Positions 1 through 8,638 are shown, counted from the stretch's first letter. The stretch: 64,000 nucleotides of DNA from Patescibacteria group bacterium (GCA_041666325.1 JBAYHC010000004.1:128929-192928); one strand, 5' to 3'. Made by a program: numbers and translations. The notes: generated by a model not told the origin, from the sequence alone.

Positions 1-267
1 TTCTGTTCTGCTGGGCTGCCAGCCATCTTCACCCAAATCCTTACCCTCTCCAATCTGGCACAATGGCAATATTACGGCTATATTCTTCTCTACATCTTTT
101 TCTTCATGCTAGACGATCTCCTGGTCTTTTTCATCGCCATGACAACTCTTCGAGTGGCCGGTGTTACCACCAAATACACACGATTCTCCCACCTGATCGG
201 TGGGATACTAATGGTCATCATCGGTCTCTTGCTCCTCTTTAAGCCGGAGATATTGATGTTCGGATAG
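1..267 (+). CDS. 3' end of a polytopic membrane protein (CcdA/glutaredoxin-associated membrane protein-like), truncated by window edge
   Basis: Frame 1 open to TAG 265-267: FCSAGLPAIFTQIL...YYGYILLYIFFFMLDDLLVFF...SHLIGGILMVIIGLLLLFKPEILMFG; three hydrophobic segments. Confidence 0.7.
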   Translation, partial: FCSAGLPAIFTQILTLSNLAQWQYYGYILLYIFFFMLDDLLVFFIAMTTLRVAGVTTKYTRFSHLIGGILMVIIGLLLLFKPEILMFG

Positions 268-322
268 GGCTTTGTCTAGCGCTTCTTGCCCAACCCTTTG
301 TTCTGTCTAAATTGATCTAAAT

Positions 323-356
323 AAAAAAATGCTCCCGCCCGGATGAGGGTGGGAGC
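323..356 (-). terminator. Intrinsic terminator of the DGQHR gene
   Basis: Hairpin TGCTCCCGCCC/GGGTGGGAGCA next to an A7 tract (U-tract on minus strand). Confidence 0.7.
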
Positions 357-428
357 AAAGTCGTGTCTGCCCGCAAATGGAGCGGGCAGTCCAGGTTACA
401 CAGCCTGGCCTGTTAAATTGCTGGCGGC

Positions 429-1478
429 TTACGCCGCTTCGGTCTGCGTCTCGTCGGGCGCCGGAGTGGCCTTGGCCGCCTTCTTGTGGCGGTTACGGCC
501 GATCGACTGGTTGATGCGGTGCACCATCTCCAGGATGGAGACATTCTTGTTGTGCGCAATGCTCCAGTCGTACGACTCCGCGTGGGCGAGAGCCCTGCGG
601 ATGTTCTCCTGACTGAGGTCTTCGCCGACAATGCTCATGAAGTTTGGCGAAGAGATGATCAGCTGGAGAACGGCGTTGACACCGCGCGCCGTCTCGAGGA
701 TATGGTTCTCGCTGCCCCACGCCTTGGGCCAGACGTCCTTGGCCATCTTGATCATGGCCAGGATGATCTCGGCCCGCCGCTGCGGGGTCAGAGCGCCGAT
801 CGGGCTTGTCCGGCCGATGACCCGCCGGATGGTGGTGTGCAAGCCCTTGCCGTTGATGCCGACCGGGCGGTGGCGCCGCTCGTAGATGCGCGTCTCCTGC
901 TCCTCAAGCAAGATCTTGCCCTTAAGAGGGCTGCAGGTGTCGCTGTTGAGGCGCATGACGACCTCGTAAGCCTCACGATCCAGCGCGCTCGCCCATGTGT
1001 CCAGCTCGTGTTTGATCGCCATGGTCATGCGCGCATCGATCGGCTTGCGTTCGGCCTGCATGGCAAAGACGCGGAGGCGCTGCTTGTAGGACAGGCTCAT
1101 CGTCACCGTCAGGTTGAAGGCAAGGTGCGCCCGCTCTGCCTCATGCAGAACACTGAGAGCCATAACGCGGTGCTGGCCGTCGTCGACCGACACGAAGCAC
1201 TGGCTGGGATCGTACGCGAGCGAGCAGGTGGACTGGTCGTACGTCCACGGACCCTTGAGGTCGCCGAGGATGGCATCCAGCCAGAGGTTCTCCGGCTTCA
1301 GCATCGCCTGGCTGATGTCAAGGGCGTGGTCGTGGTCATACTTGCGGTTGACACCCTCGACGTCCTCGCCGAACCGCTCGATCTTGCACATAGCGACGAC
1401 CTGCTCCGCCGTAAGGCGGAAACTGTAGACGTCTACACCATGCTGCTGGAACCGTACTACTGGACCGACCTGAAACAT
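429..1478 (-). CDS. DGQHR-domain protein (DndB/ParB-Srx-like fold), about 349 aa
   Basis: Motif VDDGQHRV. Start placed at ATG 1478 (GGAG RBS upstream) because the ORF-track TTG at 1631 lies inside the predicted promoter. Visibly much higher GC than the flanks. Confidence 0.8.
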   Translation of the reverse strand: MFQVGPVVRFQQHGVDVYSFRLTAEQVVAMCKIERFGEDVEGVNRKYDHDHALDISQAMLKPENLWLDAILGDLKGPWTYDQSTCSLAYDPSQCFVSVDDGQHRVMALSVLHEAERAHLAFNLTVTMSLSYKQRLRVFAMQAERKPIDARMTMAIKHELDTWASALDREAYEVVMRLNSDTCSPLKGKILLEEQETRIYERRHRPVGINGKGLHTTIRRVIGRTSPIGALTPQRRAEIILAMIKMAKDVWPKAWGSENHILETARGVNAVLQLIISSPNFMSIVGEDLSQENIRRALAHAESYDWSIAHNKNVSILEMVHRINQSIGRNRHKKAAKATPAPDETQTEAA

Positions 1479-1621
1479 CAGTTTCTCCGCGGGCGCTGCG
1501 GCCCGTTTCTCGTGGTAGTCATCAAGGGAAGTGGTCAGTGCTGAAAATGAAAGCACTTGCCTTGCGGCAAGTTTTATTTTTGCGTATTCAGCCACAGTCC
1601 AAGTCCAGTGATGCTGAGAGA

Positions 1622-1650
1622 AATATAGCAAATAAACGCTTACTTGTCAA
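1622..1650 (-). promoter_or_regulatory. Sigma70-type promoter for the DGQHR gene
   Basis: TTGACA-17 bp-TATATT on minus strand. Confidence 0.6.
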
Positions 1651-1828
1651 TAGCCATAAACATTAACGATGGTAATTCTGCACCATTAGTTGACACATGA
1701 CACAATATGCCTGTGGTAACGATCACATGAATAGTATGTATAAACCAGCAAGCGAGACAAACTAGAGTTATACCAAACTGACATCAATGAAAAACACAGG
1801 CACTTTTACGCTGACAATGATTAATTTA

Positions 1829-2070
1829 ATAGAACTAAAAATAAGTTAATCTTTTTGTCTTGCTCCCTTAAAATTAGATAACAAGAAACTTGATTACACC
1901 AAAAATATTAGAGTTGAGAGAATACTTACACCAAAATAGTATCGGATAAAGAAAGTCTACCAATAAAATAGAGTTTGCTGTCGATCTGTGTCCCCCAAAA
2001 TATTCCCAGGCATAGTCAACATTACAACAAAATTACCTAGTGTACCGAATTCCCGTAACAAAAAACAGAT
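1829..2070. repeat. Degenerate ~32-bp-period array (core TTACACC-AAAAT-A)
   Basis: AAAAT/AAAAA cores at 1838, 1870, 1901/2, 1933, 1965, 1997, 2029, 2061, with variable intervening sequence. Confidence 0.6.
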
Positions 2071-2168
2071 CTTAACGGGGTGCTCCTAAGTTAAGAGGTA
2101 ACTTAGATATTATCAATGTCCCCTCGGCGTTCTCTCAATACAGAACTTTTTCCCTCCGATGCATCTTT

Positions 2169-2198
2169 ATGCTAGCGCCAATTGCAAATAGTTGTCAA
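2169..2198 (-). promoter_or_regulatory. Putative sigma70 promoter firing into the non-coding array
   Basis: TTGACA-18 bp-TAGCAT on minus strand, just downstream of the TrmB stop. Confidence 0.4.
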
Positions 2199-2213
2199 GT
2201 AGCCAGTAATAGT

Positions 2214-2939
2214 TTATGCTTCCGACATCTTCCAGAGTGTGTCAAAAACCTTTCTCTGCGTCTCGGCATTGGGCTTGCTCTCAACAATTAGCCCGTGAAT
2301 TGTCTCGCCACAAGAGATTGTGGCAACCTTATCACCGTAAATAATGGTACTGGTTTCAAAATTGAGCTTTTCGGGCAAGAATCGTAGCTCTTTGCCGTGA
2401 GAGTGGTAAAACTCCTTGAACCTCTTTGTGACATCCGACTTTGGCACAAGCTCTCTCATCTCAACTTTCGATTTTAATCTACCATAGATATATTCCGGCA
2501 GGCCCTTGTAGTGCCTCTCCACCACCTCAATGTCACCATAAGCACATATCTCTTTGGCGCCCTCAATATCCCTATAAACCTTCTCCATCTCCTCGGCACC
2601 CTCGAAGAACATGACAGAGGGTTTCTCCTTGTCGGGCTTATGCAGTGCTGATAGCTCTGGCAGTATTGACTCAAAGTCCTTAACATAGCCCTTAATCATC
2701 TCATTGATCTTCTTGGGGTCGGTCGCGGCGTAGTGGCGTCTTCCACCCTTTTCAATGTGGCCCATCAAGTGCTTTTTCTCTAGATCGGTCAGAATATCAT
2801 AACAATAGGTCCGCTTCACACCTGACTTCTTAGAAATTGGTAAAACTGTTGACTCTCCAAGCTCAAGAGAAGCCAAATAGACCTTTATTTCTCTGTCGAG
2901 CAATCCTATTTCATTTAAAATACTCTCGATTTGTCCCAT
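2214..2939 (-). CDS. TrmB-family transcriptional regulator
   Basis: N-terminal wHTH (GL..REIKVYLASLELG...GVKRTYCYDIL), PxVMFFEG linker, PLD-like C-domain; typical CPR TrmB. Confidence 0.85.
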   Translation of the reverse strand: MGQIESILNEIGLLDREIKVYLASLELGESTVLPISKKSGVKRTYCYDILTDLEKKHLMGHIEKGGRRHYAATDPKKINEMIKGYVKDFESILPELSALHKPDKEKPSVMFFEGAEEMEKVYRDIEGAKEICAYGDIEVVERHYKGLPEYIYGRLKSKVEMRELVPKSDVTKRFKEFYHSHGKELRFLPEKLNFETSTIIYGDKVATISCGETIHGLIVESKPNAETQRKVFDTLWKMSEA

Positions 2940-3124
2940 TTCCCTCTCCTTAAAAATATCAGACTGAAACCATTTTAGCGTTGATGTGATATTTTTCCAA
3001 GCCCCAATTGTGCCAACTCGTCGTTATCTTGCGACAGAACTAAGCAATTGATTATCAATTGCGGCCAAAACAAAAACACCCGCGAACTAATCTTGGGTGC
3101 CTTTTGTTGTTAAGCAGTTAACGA

Positions 3125-3484
3125 TTAGGCCTTCTTCTTCCCCTCGTCCAGTGCAACCGCCTTAAGCTCCTCTTTCATCACCTCTTTTGAGCGCAGGCCT
3201 ATGATCTCTTTTGCGATCTCACCATTTTTGAAAACTTTCATGTTTGGAATACTCAGAATCTCATATTTCTCAGCAACCTCCTGATTCTCGGGCGCCTCAA
3301 CATTAAATTTAACGATTTTGACCTTTCCGTCCAAGTCGGAATCTTCTGAGAGCTCATCCAAAATCGGTGCCATAATCAAACACGGCTGGCACCAGCTTGC
3401 CCAAAAATCAACCAGAACAGGTACCTCGGAGTTCAAAACTTCTGATTCAAAGTTTCCAGCGTTTACATCTACGACCTTTGCCAT
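3125..3484 (-). CDS. trxA: Thioredoxin
   Basis: VLVDFWASWCQPC active site, SIP cis-Pro motif. Confidence 0.95.
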   Translation of the reverse strand: MAKVVDVNAGNFESEVLNSEVPVLVDFWASWCQPCLIMAPILDELSEDSDLDGKVKIVKFNVEAPENQEVAEKYEILSIPNMKVFKNGEIAKEIIGLRSKEVMKEELKAVALDEGKKKA

Positions 3485-3693
3485 CGCGCTTCCTTTCTCT
3501 TAATCCTTGATTCGAAATATAACATAAAGCCTAATTCCTTTGCCAACTTTTAGCTATAAATTTAATCACAGATTGTGCAGAGTGCACAAGTTCTGACAAA
3601 ACTAGATGGTCGATTTGGTTGATCTGCTTCTAGGAAAAATGAGTCATCCGTCTAGAATATAATGCTTACCTATACAATATTTGGAGTATTAAC

Positions 3694-3846
3694 ATGTGGC
3701 GATACAGAGTTAGCGGCATTTTGGGAATTTTCGTAGCCATAGTTCCCTTTCTCGGCCTCCCCGGCGGCATATTTAGGGCATTACTTTTTTTCATCGGACT
3801 TACCATAGGCGCCCTTGGCCTTGGCAACGCTAGCGAAGATGGCTAG
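3694..3846 (+). CDS. Small 50-aa two-helix membrane protein (below ORF-track cutoff)
   Basis: GGAG RBS then MWRYRVSGILGIFVAIVPFLGLPGGIFRALLFFIGLTIGALGLGNASEDG*; stop overlaps the convergent mnmA stop. Confidence 0.55.
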   Translation: MWRYRVSGILGIFVAIVPFLGLPGGIFRALLFFIGLTIGALGLGNASEDG

Positions 3847-5015
3847 AGGACGATAGTGCCACCACCAAGAACAATCTCTCCGTCGTAAAAAACAGCGGCT
3901 TGACCTGGAGTGATTGCTCGAACGGACTTGTCAAATCGTAGTTCATAGCTCATAGCTCGCCTGCCTGCATCGCCTGGAGCGAAGCGACTGCGGGCAGGTA
4001 GCTCGGGATTCACGCCCAAAATACAAGATTCAACACACGAAATGCGAGCCGGCACTGTCTCACTTCGGTACCTAATCTTTACGCCGATCACAGACGGAAT
4101 CACGGGTTTTTCTCCGATCCAATGAATGTTGCTAACTGTGGCCTGATCAGAAAATAAATCTTTTTCTTCGCCAACATAGACAATATTTTTCTCGATGTTT
4201 TTGGACACGACTAGATATGGCCCACCCCCCAACTTAATGTCCAGTCCATGACGCTGGCCGACCGTATAGTAGTAGACACCGTCATGCTCGCCAAGCTCTC
4301 GACCATCGATATGAATAATCCTTCCCTTCTCAGGCTTAATATAGTCCTTTAAAAAGTTCTTCATTTTGAGGGGACCGATGAAGCAAACACCTTGGCTGTC
4401 CTTCTTGGTCGCAGTTGATAGATCAAACTTCTCAGCCATCTTTCTGACCTCCGGCTTGGTATAGTCACCAACAGGGAAGATGGTCTGCGCCAGATGTCTC
4501 TGCTCCAAAACATACAAGAAGTAACTCTGATCCTTATTCTTGTCAGCCGCTTGCAGCAACTTGTAGCTACTGTTGCGATGCCCTTCCACCTCAGCCTCCT
4601 CGTTTTCCGCCTTGATACGTGCGTAGTGTCCAGTGGCGACAAAATTTGCACCCTCTGCTATCGCCTGGTCAAAAAACATGCCGAACTTAATTTCCTTGTT
4701 GCACATTAAGTCCGGGTTAGGGGTAATTCCACTCTTGTATGCCCCCACCATGTATTCTACGACCTTTTTTTCATACTGTTGGGTAAAGTCCCAGGTAAGT
4801 AGCGGAATTTCTAATTTCGCTGCAACGCGAGCGGCATCAGCCCTCTCCTCTTTCCACAGGCAATAATCAAGGCGGGATTCATCCCGCGAAGCTTCAGCGG
4901 AGCGGGACCAGAACTTCATAAAAACGCCAACAACAGAATAGCCCTGTTCCTTGAGCAATGCTGCTGCAACAGAACTATCAACCCCTCCGCTCATTGCGAC
5001 ATAAACCTTCTTCAT
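3843..5015 (-). CDS. mnmA: tRNA 2-thiouridine(34) synthase MnmA (with repeat-derived in-frame insertions)
   Basis: AMSGGVDSS, TPNPDxxCN, ATGHYA, KDQSYFL, DSQGVCF, TPGQAAVFY motifs. Confidence 0.97.
   Translation of the reverse strand: MKKVYVAMSGGVDSSVAAALLKEQGYSVVGVFMKFWSRSAEASRDESRLDYCLWKEERADAARVAAKLEIPLLTWDFTQQYEKKVVEYMVGAYKSGITPNPDLMCNKEIKFGMFFDQAIAEGANFVATGHYARIKAENEEAEVEGHRNSSYKLLQAADKNKDQSYFLYVLEQRHLAQTIFPVGDYTKPEVRKMAEKFDLSTATKKDSQGVCFIGPLKMKNFLKDYIKPEKGRIIHIDGRELGEHDGVYYYTVGQRHGLDIKLGGGPYLVVSKNIEKNIVYVGEEKDLFSDQATVSNIHWIGEKPVIPSVIGVKIRYRSETVPARISCVESCILGVNPELPARSRFAPGDAGRRAMSYELRFDKSVRAITPGQAAVFYDGEIVLGGGTIVL
3960..3998 (-). repeat. 39-bp palindromic element, copy 1 (in frame in mnmA)
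   Basis: CCTGCCCGCAGTCGCTTCGCTCCAGGCGATGCAGGCAGG on minus strand, within (YGAGCTA)n heptamers. Confidence 0.9.
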
Positions 5016-5089
5016 CCGAAAAATTATACAGAATTTCTAGACTTTTGTCTACCAGGCCAAATACAAAAAAGAAGCCCCGGGAAAGGGGC

Positions 5090-5881
5090 TCAAACGGGTA
5101 AAATCAACGAGGCCAGCAAGAGGCCGATACCGAGATCCATTGCCAGCTTGGTGACAGAAATGGTTTTCGGGTGGCAATCTCTGCTCTCCTGGAGCTGGTG
5201 AATAGCTGGCCAAAACACAATGAACATAAACCAACGATGGCCCCTCAATATCAAGGCACCAAGCACCAACAAGGTTGCCAACCACAGCAGACATATGACA
5301 ATCTTCTTGGTTCGGTCTTCTCCTAGCCACTGAATCAACGTCCACTTGTATCCGGGATCATGTTCCCTATCATCAAAATCCTTAAGAATCTCCCTGGCAT
5401 GTATGGCCAAGAATGTACTAGCAAACAAAATCCACAAACTTGGATCAGTGTGCCCAACAAACACCGGAAGTAGGGCCGGCAGCGCAGCAGCGGTTGCTAC
5501 CGCCAAGTTGGGCAACAAAGGGATTTGCCTTACTGCCGAGTAACAAAGGCCAACCATGATCAAAATAATCATGGGTTGAGAAAAACGGCTTTCTTGCCTT
5601 AAGGCCAGTGCCACAAGCACAAGCGCGATCAACCACATTGCCGTAGCAAAGGCCAAAAAGAGCTGCGAGTGCTCGGAAGCAGTGGTTTTGCCTTTCTTGG
5701 CATCATGGTTGCGATCACAATAATCGTTCCAAACCATCGTCGCAGATGTTATAAGCATTGTTGCCAGAGACGGCAACCAAGTCAAAGACACACTAAGATT
5801 TGAAATCCTAAAGGCGGCAAGCACCAATGCGCCCGCCATGAAACAAACTGGCAATCGTAAGGCCTTGATGATTGGCTTCAT
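5090..5881 (-). CDS. UbiA-family prenyltransferase (DGGGP-synthase-like)
   Basis: Asp-rich motifs WNDYCDRNHD and AREILKDFDDREHD; many TM helices. Confidence 0.8.
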   Translation of the reverse strand: MKPIIKALRLPVCFMAGALVLAAFRISNLSVSLTWLPSLATMLITSATMVWNDYCDRNHDAKKGKTTASEHSQLFLAFATAMWLIALVLVALALRQESRFSQPMIILIMVGLCYSAVRQIPLLPNLAVATAAALPALLPVFVGHTDPSLWILFASTFLAIHAREILKDFDDREHDPGYKWTLIQWLGEDRTKKIVICLLWLATLLVLGALILRGHRWFMFIVFWPAIHQLQESRDCHPKTISVTKLAMDLGIGLLLASLILPV

Positions 5882-5971
5882 TCAGTGCCCCCTCTCTCTC
5901 CACTTCCACCACGCTAGTGGCGCAATCATATTAGCACAAATATCTCCAGCACACCCACACGCTAGGCAATA

Positions 5972-6027
5972 TTGACAGGACAGCATTATTTAGGTATTTT
6001 AATTGCGGACTATCTTAGTCCGTAATT
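5972..6027 (+). promoter_or_regulatory. Promoter and palindromic operator of the rrf2-iscS operon
   Basis: TTGACA-17 bp-TATTTT, followed by near-perfect palindrome AATTGCGGACTA-tct-TAGTCCGTAATT (6001-6027). Confidence 0.65.
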
Positions 6028-6047
6028 TTTAAGAAAGCCGGCCAAGT

Positions 6048-6437
6048 ATGAGATTGTCGACAAAAACCTACTATGGGCTCCGAGCGATGACCAACTTAGC
6101 TCGCAAAGAAGAGGTCTCCCCGATTGCTGATATTTCTTTTGAAGAGGATATTCCTTTTGCTTTTCTTGAAAAGATCTTCCAGCAACTCAAGCGAGCAGGA
6201 TTAGTTAAATCAAAGATAGGATCGATGGGTGGATACGAGCTGGCCAGATCGCCCAAAGAAATAACGGCAGGACAGATCTTCGAAGCATTGGGCGAGGAGG
6301 TTTCGTCTTCGTTTTGCCCAGGCAACTCGAGCTGCCCCAAGTATGGCTCGTGCGGAACAAAGGATTTTTTATCCAAGTTAGAATCATCGATCGGCCAAAC
6401 ACTCGAATCAATTACATTGGAAAGGTTAATCGTCTAA
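6048..6437 (+). CDS. Rrf2-family (IscR-like) transcriptional regulator
   Basis: MRLSTKTYYGLRAM, FLEKIFQQLKRAGLV.S.xGxxGGYEL, three Cys (C-x5-C-x5-C). Confidence 0.92.
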   Translation: MRLSTKTYYGLRAMTNLARKEEVSPIADISFEEDIPFAFLEKIFQQLKRAGLVKSKIGSMGGYELARSPKEITAGQIFEALGEEVSSSFCPGNSSCPKYGSCGTKDFLSKLESSIGQTLESITLERLIV

Positions 6438-6438
6438 T

Positions 6439-7725
6439 ATGAATAAGATTTACCTTGATCACTCAGCCACAACGCCACTCGATCCAGCAGTACTAGCAGC
6501 AATGATGCCATTCTTCAGTGACGACTTTGGCAACCCGGGATCCCTGCACTCTTTTGGCGTCGAAGCCAAGAAAGCAGTCGTCGAAGCGCGCAAGAATATT
6601 GCCTCCTTTTTGGGTTGCGATGAAACTGAAATCACTTTTACCTCCGGCGGAAGTGAAAGTGATAATCTTGCAATAAGGGGAATAGTAGAAAGTAGAAGGG
6701 GGAAAGTAGAAGGGGGAAGCAAGCCGCATGTCGTCACCAGTGCATTCGAGCACAAGGCTGTGTTGGACACTGTCAAAGCACTGGAAAAATCAGGTGATAT
6801 CGAGGCTACTTACGTTCAGCCGGGACCCAATGGTGTCATTCAGAGTGAAGACGTTAAAGCTGAAATTAAAGACAATACCATTCTAATTTCAATCATGTAC
6901 GTCAACAATGAAATCGGCACCATTCAGCCAATCCGCGAGATCGGAAAACTGGTCAAGAAGATCAATGCAAGCAGACACCTTCTATCCTCTACTTTCTACC
7001 CTCTACTTTTTCACACCGATGCTGTACAAGCTGCCGAATTTTGTCCGATGAATGTTAACGACCTCGGTGTTGACCTTCTTACCATGACCGCCCACAAAAT
7101 TTATGGCCCGAAGGCGATTGGCTTGCTTTATGCCCGGAAGGGGACGCCGATCCTGCCGGAAATTACTGGCGGAGGCCAGGAAAGAGGATTTCGCGCAGGA
7201 ACAGAGAACGTTCCCGGCATTGTCGGATTCGCAGCCGCTGTTCAGAAAATACGAGATCCAAGATACCTGCCCGCAGTCGCTTCGCTCCAGGCGATGCAGG
7301 CGGACGAGATACCTGCCCGCAGTCGCTTCGCTCCAGGCGATGCAGGCGGACGAGATACGACGCTGCTGCGCGACAAACTGATCGATGGCATTTTGAATAA
7401 CATTCCAAACTCTATTCTTAACGGCGATCGAACACACCTGGTCCCCCATATTGCCAACATTAGCTTTGTTAATGCCGAAGGTGAAGCAATCCTGCTCAAT
7501 CTTGATTTCTTGGGCATTGCCGTCTCTACCGGTTCGGCTTGCACCTCCCGCACCCTCGAGCCCAGCCATGTCCTCTCCTCGATGGGAGTCAGACCAGAAA
7601 ACGCCCATGGTTCAATTCGCTTCTCACTTGGCCGCGAAACTACAGCAGAGGAGATAGACCAAGTTCTCGAGATATTGCCAGGCATTATCAACAAATTAAG
7701 AGCAATGAGTCCATTCAAGAGCTAA
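6439..7725 (+). CDS. iscS: Cysteine desulfurase IscS/NifS (with repeat-derived insertions)
   Basis: YLDHSATTP, FTSGGSE, HTDAVQ, TAHKIYGPK (PLP Lys), STGSACTS catalytic Cys. Confidence 0.96.
   Translation: MNKIYLDHSATTPLDPAVLAAMMPFFSDDFGNPGSLHSFGVEAKKAVVEARKNIASFLGCDETEITFTSGGSESDNLAIRGIVESRRGKVEGGSKPHVVTSAFEHKAVLDTVKALEKSGDIEATYVQPGPNGVIQSEDVKAEIKDNTILISIMYVNNEIGTIQPIREIGKLVKKINASRHLLSSTFYPLLFHTDAVQAAEFCPMNVNDLGVDLLTMTAHKIYGPKAIGLLYARKGTPILPEITGGGQERGFRAGTENVPGIVGFAAAVQKIRDPRYLPAVASLQAMQADEIPARSRFAPGDAGGRDTTLLRDKLIDGILNNIPNSILNGDRTHLVPHIANISFVNAEGEAILLNLDFLGIAVSTGSACTSRTLEPSHVLSSMGVRPENAHGSIRFSLGRETTAEEIDQVLEILPGIINKLRAMSPFKS
7266..7350 (+). repeat. 39-bp palindromic element, copies 2 and 3 (7266-7304, 7312-7350) in iscS
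   Basis: Two identical copies separated by one CGAGATA heptamer; read in two different frames (YLPAVASLQAMQAD / IPARSRFAPGDAGGRD). Confidence 0.92.
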
Positions 7726-7848
7726 GCCACAATGGGCAATTCGTGGCTTGTAGTTCGTATTTCGGAAACACTATGCAGTAGCCATAAACGAAATACGAGA
7801 TACAATACACAAGATTGAACGAACAAAAACAAGGAAGCTGTTATCCCA

Positions 7849-8043
7849 ATGAACAAGACTAACGTAATAAAGAAATATGTCTGTCCACCCTGCGGTTACA
7901 TCTACGATCCGGCGGTTGGGGACCCCGAGATCGGTATTGCACCAGGCACGCCCTTCTCAGATCTTCCCGATGATTGGCTCTGTCCGCTCTGCGGCGTCAC
8001 GAAAGCTGAATTTGTCGAAGAACATGAATTCTATGGAGATTAA
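7849..8043 (+). CDS. Rubredoxin
   Basis: [12 protein letters not shown]...[17 protein letters not shown]. Confidence 0.93.
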   Translation: MNKTNVIKKYVCPPCGYIYDPAVGDPEIGIAPGTPFSDLPDDWLCPLCGVTKAEFVEEHEFYGD

Positions 8044-8113
8044 TCTCTGCATCTCGCCTATTTGTAATTTCGTATTTTCGTTTAATTTGTAATTTAGTAG
8101 GAGATCTGGAAAC

Positions 8114-8593
8114 GTGGAACAAGTACAATACTCACAACAAGTCCTAGACCACTTCTTTAATCCCAGAAACGTGGGTGAGATTTCTAATGCTGACGGCATC
8201 GGCGAGGTTGGCAACCTTCGTTGCGGCGATGTTATGTATGTGTATATCAAAGTAGGCGGAAGGCCCCGACAAAGTCGGGATAAACTCCAGGCGGAAGGCG
8301 AGACGCTTAGCGCCACTGAAGGCCGCGCCAAGCGTGGCGGAAGTGAAGAAGAGTATATTGAAGATATCAAATTCAAAACTTTAGGCTGCGCCGCCGCTAT
8401 CGCCTCAACAAGCATGATGACCGAGCTTGTTAAGGGAAAATCACTTGAGGATGCGATGAAAGTAACGCGCGACGATATCAATGAAGCCCTGGGGATTCTT
8501 CCCAAACAAAAATACCACTGCTCCATATTATCGGCAGACGGTATTCGCAAGGCGGTTGAGAACTATAGGGCAAGCAAAGCGGTAGGGCGGTAA
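8114..8593 (+). CDS. iscU: Fe-S scaffold IscU/NifU-N (with ~30-aa repeat-derived insertion)
   Basis: YSQQVLDHFFNPRNVG, GNLRCGD, FKTLGCAAAIAS, KYHCSIL. Confidence 0.93.
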   Translation: MEQVQYSQQVLDHFFNPRNVGEISNADGIGEVGNLRCGDVMYVYIKVGGRPRQSRDKLQAEGETLSATEGRAKRGGSEEEYIEDIKFKTLGCAAAIASTSMMTELVKGKSLEDAMKVTRDDINEALGILPKQKYHCSILSADGIRKAVENYRASKAVGR

Positions 8594-8638
8594 AGCAGTA
8601 GGGTAATAGTAGGTTTTTTTCTTATAACCTTACTAGCC

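Noticed and set aside
429-1478. DNA phosphorothioation (dnd) system together with iscS
   Set aside because: No dndCDE/ssp genes; iscS sits in an ordinary rrf2-iscS-iscU operon near mnmA
486-1544. 352-aa plus-strand ORF
   Set aside because: Antisense shadow of the GC-rich DGQHR gene; no motifs
1829-2070. CRISPR or TIGR array label for the 32-bp array
   Set aside because: Conserved part too short and degenerate for CRISPR; no box C/D dual-repeat pattern or Nop-domain gene seen; kept as an unexplained finding
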